This document shows, piece by piece, positions 35,901 to 48,849 of a stretch of 64,000 bases of DNA. Both the position numbers and the translations under genes were made by a program. Under the pieces are notes generated by a model that did no database searches, was not told the origin of the DNA, and saw only the letters and a program-made list of their open reading frames with translations. Every line of letters starts with the position of its first letter. Position 1 is the stretch's first letter. Origin of the DNA: Schmidtea polychroa (Eukaryota); the NCBI GenBank assembly GCA_044892525.1, contig CM097885.1, positions 39,184,001 to 39,248,000 on the forward strand, read 5' to 3'.

Positions 35901-37122
35901 GCACAAAAGAAGGATAGATGAGTTAGAGGGGACATGGTTTAGTCCCACCCAGATGAAGGAGGCTCAGAAGAAGCTGCACCGAAGCGAGCACTGTAGAGAC
36001 GCGTTGATTTCCGAGAGTCGGGCGCAGAGGAGCCTGATAAAAGAGCAGTCGGAGGCGCTGCACAAATTGTACGTCCAGGCCGCAACTACAAGGAAGATCG
36101 CGAAGATCCCGATTAACGAAGCCAGTAACCTTTTCCCAGCACATCATGATATCTCTGGCGGGTCTTCTTCTCCAGTCGGAAAGTCCTGCCATGGGTGCGT
36201 AGAGACCGAGCTCTCACCTAAAGGACCAGAAATCATCTTTACCGGAACCAGTAAAGTGCTACCTGCGATAGCATCCACCTCAGCAGCACCCTCGACCAAC
36301 CAAACAGCATCGAAGCCAAAGCGTCGACAATTATCGAGAGCAGAACGAAAGAAAAAACAGCGGGAACGCATAACCGCCAAACAGAACCAGCAATCGTCGG
36401 ATCATCCAATCAAAGTCATCAACCCCCCTGCAGCAATCGATTTAGCACCAGTGATCTCAAGGCGAATCATCTCCGCCGCTGGTGTTACCTGGGAGGAAAA
36501 CGCCTCTGAGTTTTTCGATTTGGAAGATCTATTGGCAGACTCGGAGTGGGAGAAATGAGAACTTCCCCGTAAAAAGTCTTCGTTCTCTGAATTGACCTGA
36601 ACATTGTCTGATAACATTTTACCTTGTCTCTTTTCCCGTTGTCGTGAACTTTATTGTATAGGTGTTAGATATATTTGTGTGATAATCTTAATAATAAACC
36701 ATTTTTGTCTGCATACGTTCTTTTTGTGTTCATCTTAAGACAGTTGAGTTGAAATTGGTAAATGGTATTGAGAGTCATAAAATTATGAGGAGCATTAGTC
36801 AGTTGGTAAACTCAGCTAGAAATATTGCGATGGGGCGACGGAATGAGTAGACGTAAGTCCTTCTATCGGCAGTCAGGGTTGGGAAGTCGAGGCCTCAGTA
36901 AGGAGTAGTCCGAAGGAGCTGGCTCACCTGCTTACTGGCGTCTCGCCGGCATAGCACAGTTCCAACGTGAAGCAATTCACGGGTGCTATGTTGGAGTGTA
37001 AGTTATGTACGGGTCCCGCTCGGCGATGACCAAATAAATGACGGGCGAAATCGAGGTGGGCATTCATCCTCTAGACTAAAGCTGCACTAGAAAGGGGTCA
37101 TCCGAGTAGTGTACCCGCAACA
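32976..37122 (+). mobile_element. Solo LTR (4147 bp) of the giant Gypsy family
   Basis: TGTTGGG...CCCGCAACA with a perfect 4-bp TSD TACT (32972-32975 and 37123-37126); near-identical to 10198-14321. Confidence 0.93.
35414..36558 (+). CDS. Second copy of the LTR-encoded spliced gene (exons 35414-35515 and 35800-36558; 286 aa)
   Basis: Same splice sites and an intact frame; differs from copy 1 by an in-frame 21-bp indel (GSSSPVG) and G-to-R near the C-terminus. Confidence 0.72.
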
Positions 37123-37289
37123 TACTCATTGATTTTCAACCATTGTGTACAGCACCAACATGGTTATCACCATGGGTACACAGATAGCGTAAAGACAATA
37201 GTCATGAAGGCGTTAAGAAAGGAGTCGATTCAACATCTATAAATACTCCTAACATATTTATAAAATAGAATGGCACACTCCTAAGCGTC

Positions 37290-37635
37290 AACATGGTATA
37301 TAGCCCGTTCGTTCATAACCTGACCCCTTTTTTGGAAGGGTAAAGTATAAAGTGTATGACCCGTTCGTAAGCTGACCCAAAAAAATTTAACGCTATAGAC
37401 CAAATGTTACACATTTCTTACTTAAGTTTTGAAAACATGTTAATTTTTGTTTACGTCAGTTTGAAGACCAAAGAGAATTAAATGACAGAGAAAGTTGAAG
37501 TCATTCTTGCATAGTAATATTCAATTGACACGTCAAAAACCATATAAATCTACTATGATCCGCTCGTAAGCCGATCCCCTCACTTTTCCGCCAAAAATTT
37601 TCAAAAAATGTCGGCTTAAGAACGAATATATACGG
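37290..37635. mobile_element. Tc2/pogo-like MITE remnant
   Basis: Right end TCGGCTTAAGAACGAATATATACGG followed by TA; internal TAAGCTGACCC motifs; left end is degenerate. Confidence 0.35.
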
Positions 37636-39010
37636 TAGGTAAATTATCTTTAATCATAATCGTTGCTAATAATAAACATTATTTAATAAAATCTCAAATG
37701 ATCAGAAAATAACTACTAAAAGTACGATAATAGTAGTAGCAGCATATTAAACACTCAAGAGTGGTTCTGTTTTTTGCCTTTTTGAAACATGCTCCCAACA
37801 CCCGGTATAAGCTTTCCTTTACCCAATGCATTTCTAGAGCTACACATATTTTGTATTGATATCTTTGGAGTCAGATATAATCTGTGTTAGGAAGAATCAA
37901 TCCACCTGATCAGAACCTAACACTTTCAGTAATTACAAGTCGTTAATAAGAATATTTAAATTATAAAAAGAACGTAAAACTTAATAGGTAAAGGAGATAT
38001 GAAAATACTAATTCCGAAATCTTTTTATTTTTAATTTATTTTCAGGTTTTTTAGGAATTTTATTTTATAATTATTTTGATATAATGTAAGTCAGATATAT
38101 TTTTAATTATAAATAAATCAATCGCCAAAAATATATTCTTTTAAAATATTTCTAAAACAAATATCAGAAATTCTAATGAATATTTTTCATGACAAAAATT
38201 TCTTTAAAAATACATTAAAAACATTTTCAGCAATCATTTTTTTCCTAAAAATTGTCTGAAATAAAGTTATTATCTCAGCTGCGCATTTCTATATATCGAA
38301 AGTTTGCATGTGTCTTTAAGTATGTGTTGTGTGCAGTATTTAATTTTTCTACCACTTTAGATTTCGATAGTGTGTATTTTTATAATGTAAGATTGATTTT
38401 TTTAATATTATATGAAACGTATCTCAGTGGTGTTTGGTGTATCAAAGAGTGGGAATTCATAACTTCCATTGTGTGATTGTGTAATGCGGTGTAAAGACGG
38501 TATAGACAGCAGTGGCTGTATGCCAGTACACAACAATTCCATATTAATAATTGAGAAGTTTTTGCTATAAGGCAAATTTTGAATGTATTGTATAATTTGT
38601 TAAATACTTCATAAAAATAATTATAATCGGAAAAAAGTCAATGGTACACAAAGGAAACGAATTGAATTAGAATAGAAATCAATAAAACAACCAACAACAC
38701 CATAAAATCTCAATGTCAAACTAGTGAATGGGGAACATGACAACCTGTACAGGTGGCATAAATAACGATTAAAATGTATGACCCAATGATATTTGAACTT
38801 CCCTGAAAAATCGACCTTGGAATAAAATCTATCCAAAATATGCATAAACATTGACCAATCCAAAATAACTAATCAATTCCCCCAAACAAAAAGCAGTTCC
38901 TCAACTATTCAATACACAATAAGAAATATAACAAAATGAAATTTTATTAACAAAAATATTTACAACTTCATTTTCTATAATTAAAAAATCTTTCAATTAT
39001 ATAAAGCAAA

Positions 39011-39959
39011 TTAAGAGTTGTTTTCCATGAACTCCACAATCGAGCTGTCACTTGTATTGAGGAAATTGGAATCAAGATCTGAGGGATTACCGATATTTTG
39101 TAAAAACATATCTTCAGCTTTGTTGATAAATTCTAAATCAGAATAATTTTCTTGGTCACTATCATTATAATTTTGATCCTCGCGTTCAGGATCACTTAAA
39201 TCTTCATTATCGGGATAATTTTGAATTTCGTAATCTATAAAGCATTCGAGTTCATTTCCGATATCATTATCAACATTTTTTTCTTTTTCAAAATCAGATT
39301 CATTTTCATAAGTCCTCATGATAAATTCCTTAGCAGTTATTGGTTTCCAAAACTCTTCCAATTTTTTGGTCTCTATAACAATTTCATGTTCTTTTACCTC
39401 CCCTTCCAATTTCATTAAACTCTCCTTCATGTCATTTGCCATAACTAAATTTTTCGAAATCTCTGATTCAACAAGTAAAATCCCATTCAAAACTCTTTCA
39501 TTTTCTTTTCTCAGCAATTCATTTTTATATTCAACTTCGTTGAATAATAATTCATTGGTTACTTTCTTTACGGCTCTATTATTATTATGATTTCTTTTAA
39601 GTGAACAAACACAAATAATTTCTTGTACCTTTCAAAACTCAAAGATCCATTTTTCAGAAAAAGACTCGAATCTGCCTAAAATCAAAATCGAAAATTTATA
39701 GAGAAAATGGAAATAGTAAGAACTATTAAATTCAAAAAAAAAAACAAGTTACAATATTAATATTAATTCAAAATTTTATTACAATTCTTTTCACAGCTCC
39801 TATAAACGAAAGATTACAAATATTAAAGCTAACACAGGCGAGTGTTACGGGAAACAATGGTTATAACCACATTTATAAAAATTACCTTGTTTGCAATACA
39901 ATTCTGCATTGGAATTGTTATTGATACTTCATCTGGCCGTTTTTCATATTTATCTTGGA
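39011..39959 (-). CDS. 3' exons of an unidentified gene (coiled coil and acidic tail); could be the end of the HAUS6-like gene
   Basis: Exons 39959-39886 and 39628-39011 join in phase at GT-AG (...MQNCIANK|VQEIICVC...LLRKENERV); no domain recognised. Confidence 0.45.
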
Positions 39960-40249
39960 CTAATTGACAGAGATTGAGGAATTTCATAATTTTACTTTGC
40001 AAGATGCTTATTTTATTTTCACTCTAGTGCACAATATTATTAGTTTATTTTAAAATTAAAAGTTTTAAATTTCATCTTAACACAACACCGATCGATTACG
40101 GAGATATCCCGTTTGGCAATGTAATGCAATACAGTACTGTTTAGGTGATTTTCAGGATATTTCTAATATATTTTGATGTCCCTTCACATTAAATAATAAT
40201 ATTTTTCGAGGAAAAAATAATGTTCTATTACAAGTTTTTCAAGCTAATA

Positions 40250-40440
40250 AGAGAATTAATAGTCAATACAATCTCGACAATACTTTCGGCAAAGATGATA
40301 GATGTCACTACGTGGTTAGAAAACACAGTACCCAAATCTGAATCAGTTGTAGAGTACAATAAATATATGAAAGGAGTTGATCGAGTTATTCAATACTCAT
40401 CATATTATAATATTCTCCGGAAGAGTAAGAAAAACTCTAC
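40250..40440 (+). pseudogene. piggyBac transposase fragment
   Basis: VVEYNKYMKGVDRVIQYSSYYNILRKSKK matches the piggyBac YN..MGGVD..DQ...Y...RK motif. Confidence 0.75.
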
Positions 40441-42861
40441 ATTACATTTCTATAATTGAGATCTTTTAACTCATACTCAAGCACAATTCACTCGGTCGGT
40501 AATGTGTTAACGAAATTTAACTTAATATTTTACATATAATTTGTCAAAAAAATATATATTAAATAAATCAAATGATAATGCTGAAAAATAAAAAATTATA
40601 CTTAGATATTTTCAGTAATTAAAAAGTCTTTAATAACAATATTTAAATTATAAAAATGTAAAACTTAATAGGTCAAAAAGATATGAGAATACTAATTATG
40701 AAATCTTTAGATAAATCTAACTTTTATTTTTTATGCCAAAACAGACAATGTCGAATTACTTATCACGATGTTTGCTGTATTTAAACTCGCAAAATAGGAT
40801 AAATATTCAAATAAGTTGAATTAATTTAGATGTCAATTTTTTATACGATAGAAAAGGATCCGTTAAAAGCAGTGCTTCTCATCATGTTTTGCTCTATGTC
40901 CCCAACAATAGAGTATAAAAGTCAAATTGTCCCAGTTTTTGAATTAATTAACAAATTATTTTACAAGCCTTTACTTAAAAATTTCAATTTTGCTTATAGA
41001 TCTTGGTTAGAACTATATCTTCAGTGTTAAGAAATTGTTTCTATCATAATATACATAAAATACGACGTATATACTTGAGAAAAATTAAGATTTATAAAAT
41101 GTTAAAAATCCATTAATTTCGAAATTGCCCCAACTAGGGCTCCAGCACTGGTTAAAAGTGTATGTGATTATACGATAAGGCCCATTTTATATCCTCCACA
41201 TCAGATATATCACATTTTGAGCAGCATAATAATTATTAGGATATCATCTAATGGTAATTATTAATCGACAAATGTCTATTGAACCATTATCAATAAATCA
41301 ACTTTCAATTATCGATAAATTAATTTGCAATTATCAATAAATACTTGGAGAAGAAAGAGCCTATTTCACACAAGATTTACGGACAATATTGCATACTTAA
41401 TTTTATTTAACATATATCAAAAATATGAAATTTGTCAAATTGACAGGTTAGGTAAATCTAGAGTTAAATATTATTTTAACATAATCATTTTAATGAAGCA
41501 TTTAGTATCATTTGGATTTAGTTAAAATTCACTTCAATTTTTTTCTTATTACAGTTTATTATTAATCCGGAATTTATGACAACGGTAAGTACTTATATGA
41601 ATGAGAATTTTGGCAAGGAAGATATCGGGTAGCGGAGAGAATTACTTATAGCGGAGATAAGGTACAAAATAGATCCGGAATTGTTTGTGAAAACCTGAGT
41701 GCACGCCAATAATGTCTTTTTTAATTGCAAAAAAACACCATCAATTAGTTTGATATATGTTTTGGAAATTAATTACACGGGCAATTATTTTCACACAATA
41801 TTTTGAAAATGGCCAACTTCATTTTTGGCTATTACAAGACATTCAAAGATTTGTGTTTTGCAGTTATATATAATGTAAATTTATTATCCAATAAGTTTTA
41901 TTATAGATGTCTTTCAAAATAAACGACTCAGTACCTACTACAAATAAAGCAATAATGCATATCCTATTATATAACTGAAAATTCAGCTAAAGATAATGAT
42001 AATTACGGTTAATTGTTGTAAGCTTATGTCTAAATTTAAAATCATTTATTTATCTTTTCTTTCATTTATCTTCATTACGTTTTAGACTATAAATCAGTGA
42101 TTCTCAACCTGTGTGTATTTTAGGAAATATATAAAATTCCTAAGGTTTATACAAATCAATGTTCTTTATTGGTTTCTGATATACATAGTGAATGTTTTAT
42201 TATAAAGATTTATTATTCTTTTATTTGCAAAGAGGAGGGTAAAACTTTATTTTCTAATTATTTGATTTGTATTTATCACTAAGTCAAATTTCAAAAAAAT
42301 TGAATACCCAAGTAGGTAACGACGTTTTATAGTTTGGTTTTTATGTTTAAATAGGCAGAATAAATATCAATATTAGTAGTAACAACTGAAAAGAGCCATT
42401 ATTTTCTTGCTTTACCTTTTTAATATCAGTAAAATTCTTTATTTTTTTGATCACATTTGATCGGTTTTTGATGATATATTACTTTCATTTTGACAAAAGA
42501 ATTTGTTATAATTTAAAAATATTTGATATTTTGTAAAAAAAAAACAAACAAATGAGATTGTCTCATTAATATTGACTTCAATTAATTTTTCTTCATTTGT
42601 ACTATTTATAAATATTTTATATAATTTAATACGAATTTTTAGGAAAATTTTCCAAGTGATTTATTTAATTAAATTAATTTTATTTCTAAAAAATACAAAA
42701 ATACTTAAATTTTTGGGCTAAATTCAAAAAAATATAGATTTATAGTTTGAAATGAAATTTAAAATAATCCACCAAGATTTTAATGATATTTAGAGCGAGT
42801 GATGTTTGGTGATAAAAATAAAGAATAAATAATATTATCAACTGTAAACAGTCAAACTTAC

Positions 42862-44459
42862 TTCTGCGGAACGTGTCATGAGATCCCAATCCAACATTTG
42901 AACTGTATTTTCACAAAATGTATCCAGATTAATATCACTATTTATAAAATATGAAAATAAGTTTTTATTTGCAGATTTTTACCTGTCTAAATTTAACTCT
43001 GCTATCAAATTATTAACATTTTTATTTACTCTGTTAACGCGTTCTTTCTTGGTCCTTTTATAAGAAATTTTAATTAACCTTAATCAATAAATTAAATACT
43101 TTAATTTATTGCTCAGTAATTTCTGTCGTTTAGTTAATATATCAAGTTGTGTGAGATACGCTTTCCGTTCTCTAAGAATATCATCATTAAAACTTGAAAT
43201 GATAATTTCTGGGGATAAATTGATCGTTTGTAAGTCATTCCACGATACGGGATAACGAAGATTATGAGAATTTTCAGCTACAACAAAAGCAAATTTTAAC
43301 CGCTATTCTGTTATCAAGAATAAAATTTGATCATCAATACTTGAAATTTAATCGAATATTTCACTATTTGTTTTAATGAAAGTGCAAAAAATAATTTTTT
43401 CAATATTTTTAAGTGTGCCAACTGCAAATATATAATAGCAACGACAGTTATAATTGAGATAATAAGAACTGCGTAAACTTAAAATAATCGTATAAACAGA
43501 ATAAACATGAAGGGCCTCATAATTTATAATTTAATAACAACAAATTTCATTCTGAGTAAAAATTTCTAAAGAAAACTGAATTTTGAGGAGTCACTTTGTA
43601 GAATATTTAAGGAATTTAATAAAAATATTGGAGTGAAAAGTACTAAAAATATTTTGCATTCTTTTAAAATATTAAAGAATGAGTCAATGTGATCTATAAA
43701 TTTGGCACCATGCCAAATTTACTAAATTCCAGTAAACCGTCGCTTATTTATCAATGTTTTATATACACATAGATTATCAGCCCAAAATAATATATATATA
43801 TATATATATATATTTTATAAATTTAAACCAAAGTATATATATTTTCTTAAAAAATTTTGATTTTGTCCTTATTTACTGCCCTTTACACACATTCACTTTA
43901 GATCTCGCTTAGAAATATATTTCTATCCTTAAGTTGTGTAATACAAAGACATGCAATACAAATGCATTAGTAACAAAGACATTTGCAATGCAAACGTAGT
44001 ATTAAAAAGTGTTTTGACTTTGAAAAATTTTCGAAAAAGTAATTCGTTAAATTTTAAATTAGACCTTAAATTGTGAGGTAGGGGGTTGCGAAAAAAAAAT
44101 TTGCGAAAAAGCCTTAGAATGGCCTAAATTGATCTTAAACTGCCCTGAAAATGTCACTGGCCCTAAAATTTGACCTCAAAATTTTCTATGTACTTAAGTT
44201 GCCCTTAGCAATGAGTCATCGTTGGCTCACTCACTACCTACAAATTGCTAAATTCCAGTAATTAGTAATCCGTTAAATACAGTAGAAATTGATAAATAAA
44301 ACTACCTTTAGAGGAGGCAATAGTGAAAGATCTAAAAGAATTAGGGGACTGGTTTTTTTAATTTAATATCTTAGCTAATATAACTTGTATGTAAAATTAA
44401 TATAATCATTGTATGATTAATTGTCACTTATCAATCAAACTTTTCTTCAGAAGTTATAT

Positions 44460-44548
<89 letters not shown>

Positions 44549-46516
44549 ACTGGAATAACATCACTAAGCCAAATTTCAATAATTCTAGTAAATACTGATT
44601 CATAAAATATAAAACTGACTTAGGGAGTCTCTTGGTGAGTAATCTAAAATGAATTTAATCACTTCAACTTGTTTTAAACTAAAGAATAGATATCTGTAAA
44701 TAGATAAATGTAAAAACTAGTTAAAGTAAATTCAGTATTTTCGTAGATTATTAAAGTTAATTTAGCATTTCCCATGACAAAATACTCAGTTTTAATGTAA
44801 TTTGTAAACTTGGCAACAAGCCAAACTTCATTAAAAAGTATTTGGAAAATAATTAGAATATTTTACATTTTTCTAAATTATTATCGCAAATTCAGAATAT
44901 TTGAAAATGAAAATTTTAAATGTTTATCACGATTAAATTTTTAATTTTATATAATTTTGGCACGAGTCCAAAATTTTATTTATTCCAATAAATTGTGATC
45001 CATAAAATACATCTGTATTTACTAAAGAAAATTTATTTTTAGTAAGAATAATTTAATCGATAACTAATAATAATGGACTAATATATAATCGATAACGAAT
45101 CCAAATGTGGTAATTTATATTGATTTGTGAGAAATAATTTCCTCGGATCCAGATAAATTGATATTTAGTTTTTTGATGACGAAATTTAAATAAATAGTCA
45201 ATAATAAATCAATAATAATCAGCAATAATTGATTATTATTTTCTCGCTGAAAAAATATCTAATGTTATTTGTAAATTTGGCACCATGCCAAATTATCTTC
45301 ATTCCCGTAAATTGTGACCAGTAGAAAATACATTTGTATTTATTAATGAAAACTGACTTGAATGAAGATTGAAGAATAATTTAATCGATTTTTTTCCAGT
45401 TTGCTTTAAACAAAAAAATCGATATTTAAAAATAGGTTTGAAATTTTATTAGAATACTTTTTTTTCATTTTGTAAGATGAAGCAAACAATCAAAAACGTG
45501 AAATAAAGACAGATAACGTTTCATAAGCTAAAAAATCTAGTTTGATTGTAATTTGTAAATTTGGCGCCGTTTCAAAAGTCTTTTATTTTAATAATTGGAA
45601 AGTGAATAAATGAAATCGTAAATAACTTTCAATAAATAATTTTCCTGTAATTCTAATGGAATTGGTTTTATTTCCAATTTGTTTGTTTAAGCTGAAGTAA
45701 AATCGATAACGAATCCAAAATGTGGTAATTTTTATATTGATTGGTGAGAAATGATTTGCTCGAACCCGGATAATATATTATTTATCTTTTTTTCATCACA
45801 AAAATCAAACAAATACCCAAATAAATCAATAATAATCAGCCAGATTCCCAGTGGGAAAAATATATTGATTGAATTAAATTATTGATTAAATTAAAATTTA
45901 TTCTAAATATAATTCTCAAAAAAATTAATAAAATCTGTTTAAATTTTATAGCAGTAAATTATTTTATTCGTTTTTTCAAAATAATAATTACTTAATAATT
46001 ACATTGAAATTTCTTAATTTTTTTCTTTATAACACAACTGGTTAATCTTGCCAGCATTTCATGCACTTGTACTCCTTTAGCTGATATGAAAATACTGGAA
46101 TTGAATTTAGAATCCTTAAATGTTTTCTTTATTAATTAGATCGAGGAGACTCTTTTCAAATGCATAACTTACTGATATCAAATCGGTAGACCAATTATAG
46201 AGTCTTCTCATGAAGTTGATTTTGGATTTCTTATCCGATAAATCAGAAAGACTGCTATATCAAATGAACAACATTTGAAACAATTAAATATAATACTTAT
46301 TCAAATCTTTAAGAAAATCAGAATCTACTTCCTTAATGCAAAACATAACAATTTCTTCAAGAGCACTATTATTAGGACTTTTAAATAAATTACTAAATTA
46401 CTTTTGTAAAAAAGTATGATTATTTATACTTACATACGTTCATCTAAAGACAAATTATTATTAAACGGGTATTCCAAAATCAATAAATTTTGATGCAAGA
46501 TATTTTTCCAATTCAT
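42862..46516 (-). CDS. HAUS6: HAUS augmin-like complex subunit 6-like gene (N-terminal domain exons plus coiled-coil exons; model incomplete)
   Basis: Exons 46516-46434, 46392-46297, 46254-46173, 46126-46003 (introns 41-46 nt) give LFKSPNNSALEEIVMFCIKEVD...DKKSKINFMRRLYNWSTDL...SSIFISAKGVQVHEMLARLTSCVIKKKIK, which resembles the HAUS6 N-terminus. Further in-phase exons lie at about 43300-42862; connecting exons are unresolved. Confidence 0.55.
44463..44546. repeat. (TA)n microsatellite
   Basis: Direct read. Confidence 0.95.
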
Positions 46517-46814
46517 TTACTGAAATAATAATAGCAAAAATGAATATAATAAAAATGACAATTACTATATCTTAAATGAAATTAAAATTTTCAGATTTTG
46601 ATTGATTATTATTTAAACAATTTTTAATAAAGACTAATTAAAATAGTAATTTCATTTTTTCAATAAATGTCTTCAAAGCTCATAATATATTTCTTTTTGC
46701 AGATAATTTTATAAAATATTTATGTGAAATCTTATAATTAAATCTAAGTTTCACTTATATTTTAATAATTACAGAATTATATTTTGAACAGATACCACTA
46801 CTTTTAATAATTTG

Positions 46815-47460
46815 TGTTGGGCTAGAACTGATTTCTAGACCCAAACTTATAATTGTGACTGAAATGTGTAGGTACACAACATGCAAAAAGCAAAAAGTAT
46901 AGCTAAATATTAAAATACACCAAATAAACAATAATGATTAAAAGGGAAACAACAAAAAAATAAACCCAGAAATTAAATAAAATTATACAAGAGCAAGAAG
47001 TTATGCAAAATCTAACTCAAAAATAACCAAATAAACAGAGTTACAAAAAACAAACTCGAATAACTTAAAAGACGGTAAAAACAGTAAAGAATTCCAGAAA
47101 AACCCAGAACATTCCATAAAAATGGCGATGACCATCATAAAAGCTACCTTAAACAATAAAATTTAGAAAAAAATAAATAAATTAGTAATAAAAATAAAAA
47201 AATCTTAAAAAGAAATTCATAAAACATCAGCTAAAATAAAAATAAAATTAAAATTAACATGGAATGTTCTGGAACCGTTCCAAATCCATCATAGACGTAA
47301 AATTAATGAAAATTAATTAGCAAATAAAAATTTAAAAATAAAAATAAAAATTATGGCACTAAAATTGCCATTAAAAATATCAAAATCGCGAAATAGAAAA
47401 TTCTGGAATAAAAAGAATTCGAGTTTGTTTTAATGCATCAATACATACACGTGTACAAAA
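46815..47460 (+). mobile_element. LTR remnant related to 59772-60179
   Basis: TGTTGGGCTAGAACTGATTTCTA(G/A)ACCCAA...GAAATGTGT..GTACACAAC is shared with the minus-strand copy starting at 60179; 3' end uncertain. Confidence 0.5.
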
Positions 47461-48849
47461 TAGGTATATATACCGACGCATTTTGGTCACAAGTTAATCT
47501 TTATGCAAATTTTTTTTTGTGTTATTGTTATTACTTTATTGGAAAATTTTGAAGTAAGAAATGTTCTTTTATTTTATGCATTTTTATCATGTTAACCGTA
47601 TTTTGGGTAGCTATTAAAACAATTATATTGAAAGTTCTTATATGTTAATCTTTATATGATTCTGATAAAGGAATTCCCCTTTGAATTTTTTTTTCTCAAG
47701 AGGGATCAACATTGATCGAATTTATCATCGATTTTGATCCGTCTCGCATAAAAATGGTTATCTCAACAACATCTACAACGTCATTGTGCACGCAGCCTTG
47801 ACGTATGCAGGCCACTGCCTGGCATGCACCTCAGTACTATAAAAGATGGGGTCGTCGGAGGTCGTACCGACTCAGTAGTATACGCCGCTGGATTCGTCGA
47901 TGAATCACCTCCGGGCGATGGAGTTCTCGGAACTCGTTATTTGTTATTATAATACGGTAGTATATTACCGATTACATTCACAATAGGGCTTGTCGTAGGG
48001 AGCACAGTGAGGCCCCGAAAGCAGGCAATGTTCTGTAAATTTGACTTTGTTTTCATGCATAAAGGACATATAACGTATACACTAAAAATCAACACGAATA
48101 CAGTACACTAGGTATGATAAACGGAGTAAAGCTCCAGACTCAATTAATTACACTGTCGAATACAAATTGTAGTTGGCTAACTCTAAACTTACCAAAGATG
48201 TCAATTTATGCATGGAACTTCCATTATGCCTATGCATTTTAGAGTGAAAATTGGAACTGAAACTAAGGTGGAAGGAGTCGCCAATGGTTATCAAGACAAT
48301 TTCAAGGTTCCGAAATAATGAAAAAATGATTACAAAAAGTACAAATGATGTAACCGAAAATTAGGTCAGAAGAAAACGATTGTAGCTTAGAGCCCTTCGA
48401 AATGCATATGCGTAATTCAGGAATCCACAATTCATTTAATCGACCAAAAAATCATATTGCCGATTTTAAAATTAATCAATTTCTAGTATTAAACCTTTTA
48501 GTAAATGATATATCGAATACTGATTCTAAAGAAGTTTTTCATTCAACTCTAAAATAATAGTTTGATATTTAACGTGATAGATGACAATTTATGTATAAAT
48601 TTTTTTTTTAAATTTTAGGTCTATTCGATGCGTAACATTTTTTCATAATTATATATAATAATTTTATATTTAACTTTTCTCATAATTCCACTTATTTCCA
48701 TACATTAGCCCATTATTATCGNNNNNNNNNNNNNNNNNNNNNNNNNNNNNNNNNNNNNNNNNNNNNNNNNNNNNNNNNNNNNNNNNNNNNNNNNNNNNNN
48801 NNNNNNNNNNNNNNNNNNNNNNNNNNNNNNNNNNNNNNNNNNNNNNNNN

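Larger units (their letters stand above)
31797..37160 (+). mobile_element. Older related solo LTR (about 1.2 kb) split by the younger 4.1-kb LTR
   Basis: Starts TTTTGGGCTAGAATCG (compare TGTTGGGCTGAATCG) followed by a similar A-rich tract; ends GTGTACAGCACCAACA at 37160; flanks CGGT / TGGT differ by one transition. Confidence 0.55.

Noticed and set aside
10198-37122. Treating the two 4.1-kb repeats as the 5' and 3' LTRs of one element that captured EFHC2 and SS18L2
   Set aside because: The outer flanks (GATT / TACT) do not match, the second copy has its own TACT TSD, and the interior is intron-containing host genes with no gag or pol.
37161-37176. TGGTTATCACC as a primer-binding site after the older LTR
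   Set aside because: TGGT is better explained as the TSD (left flank CGGT), and no internal retroelement sequence follows.
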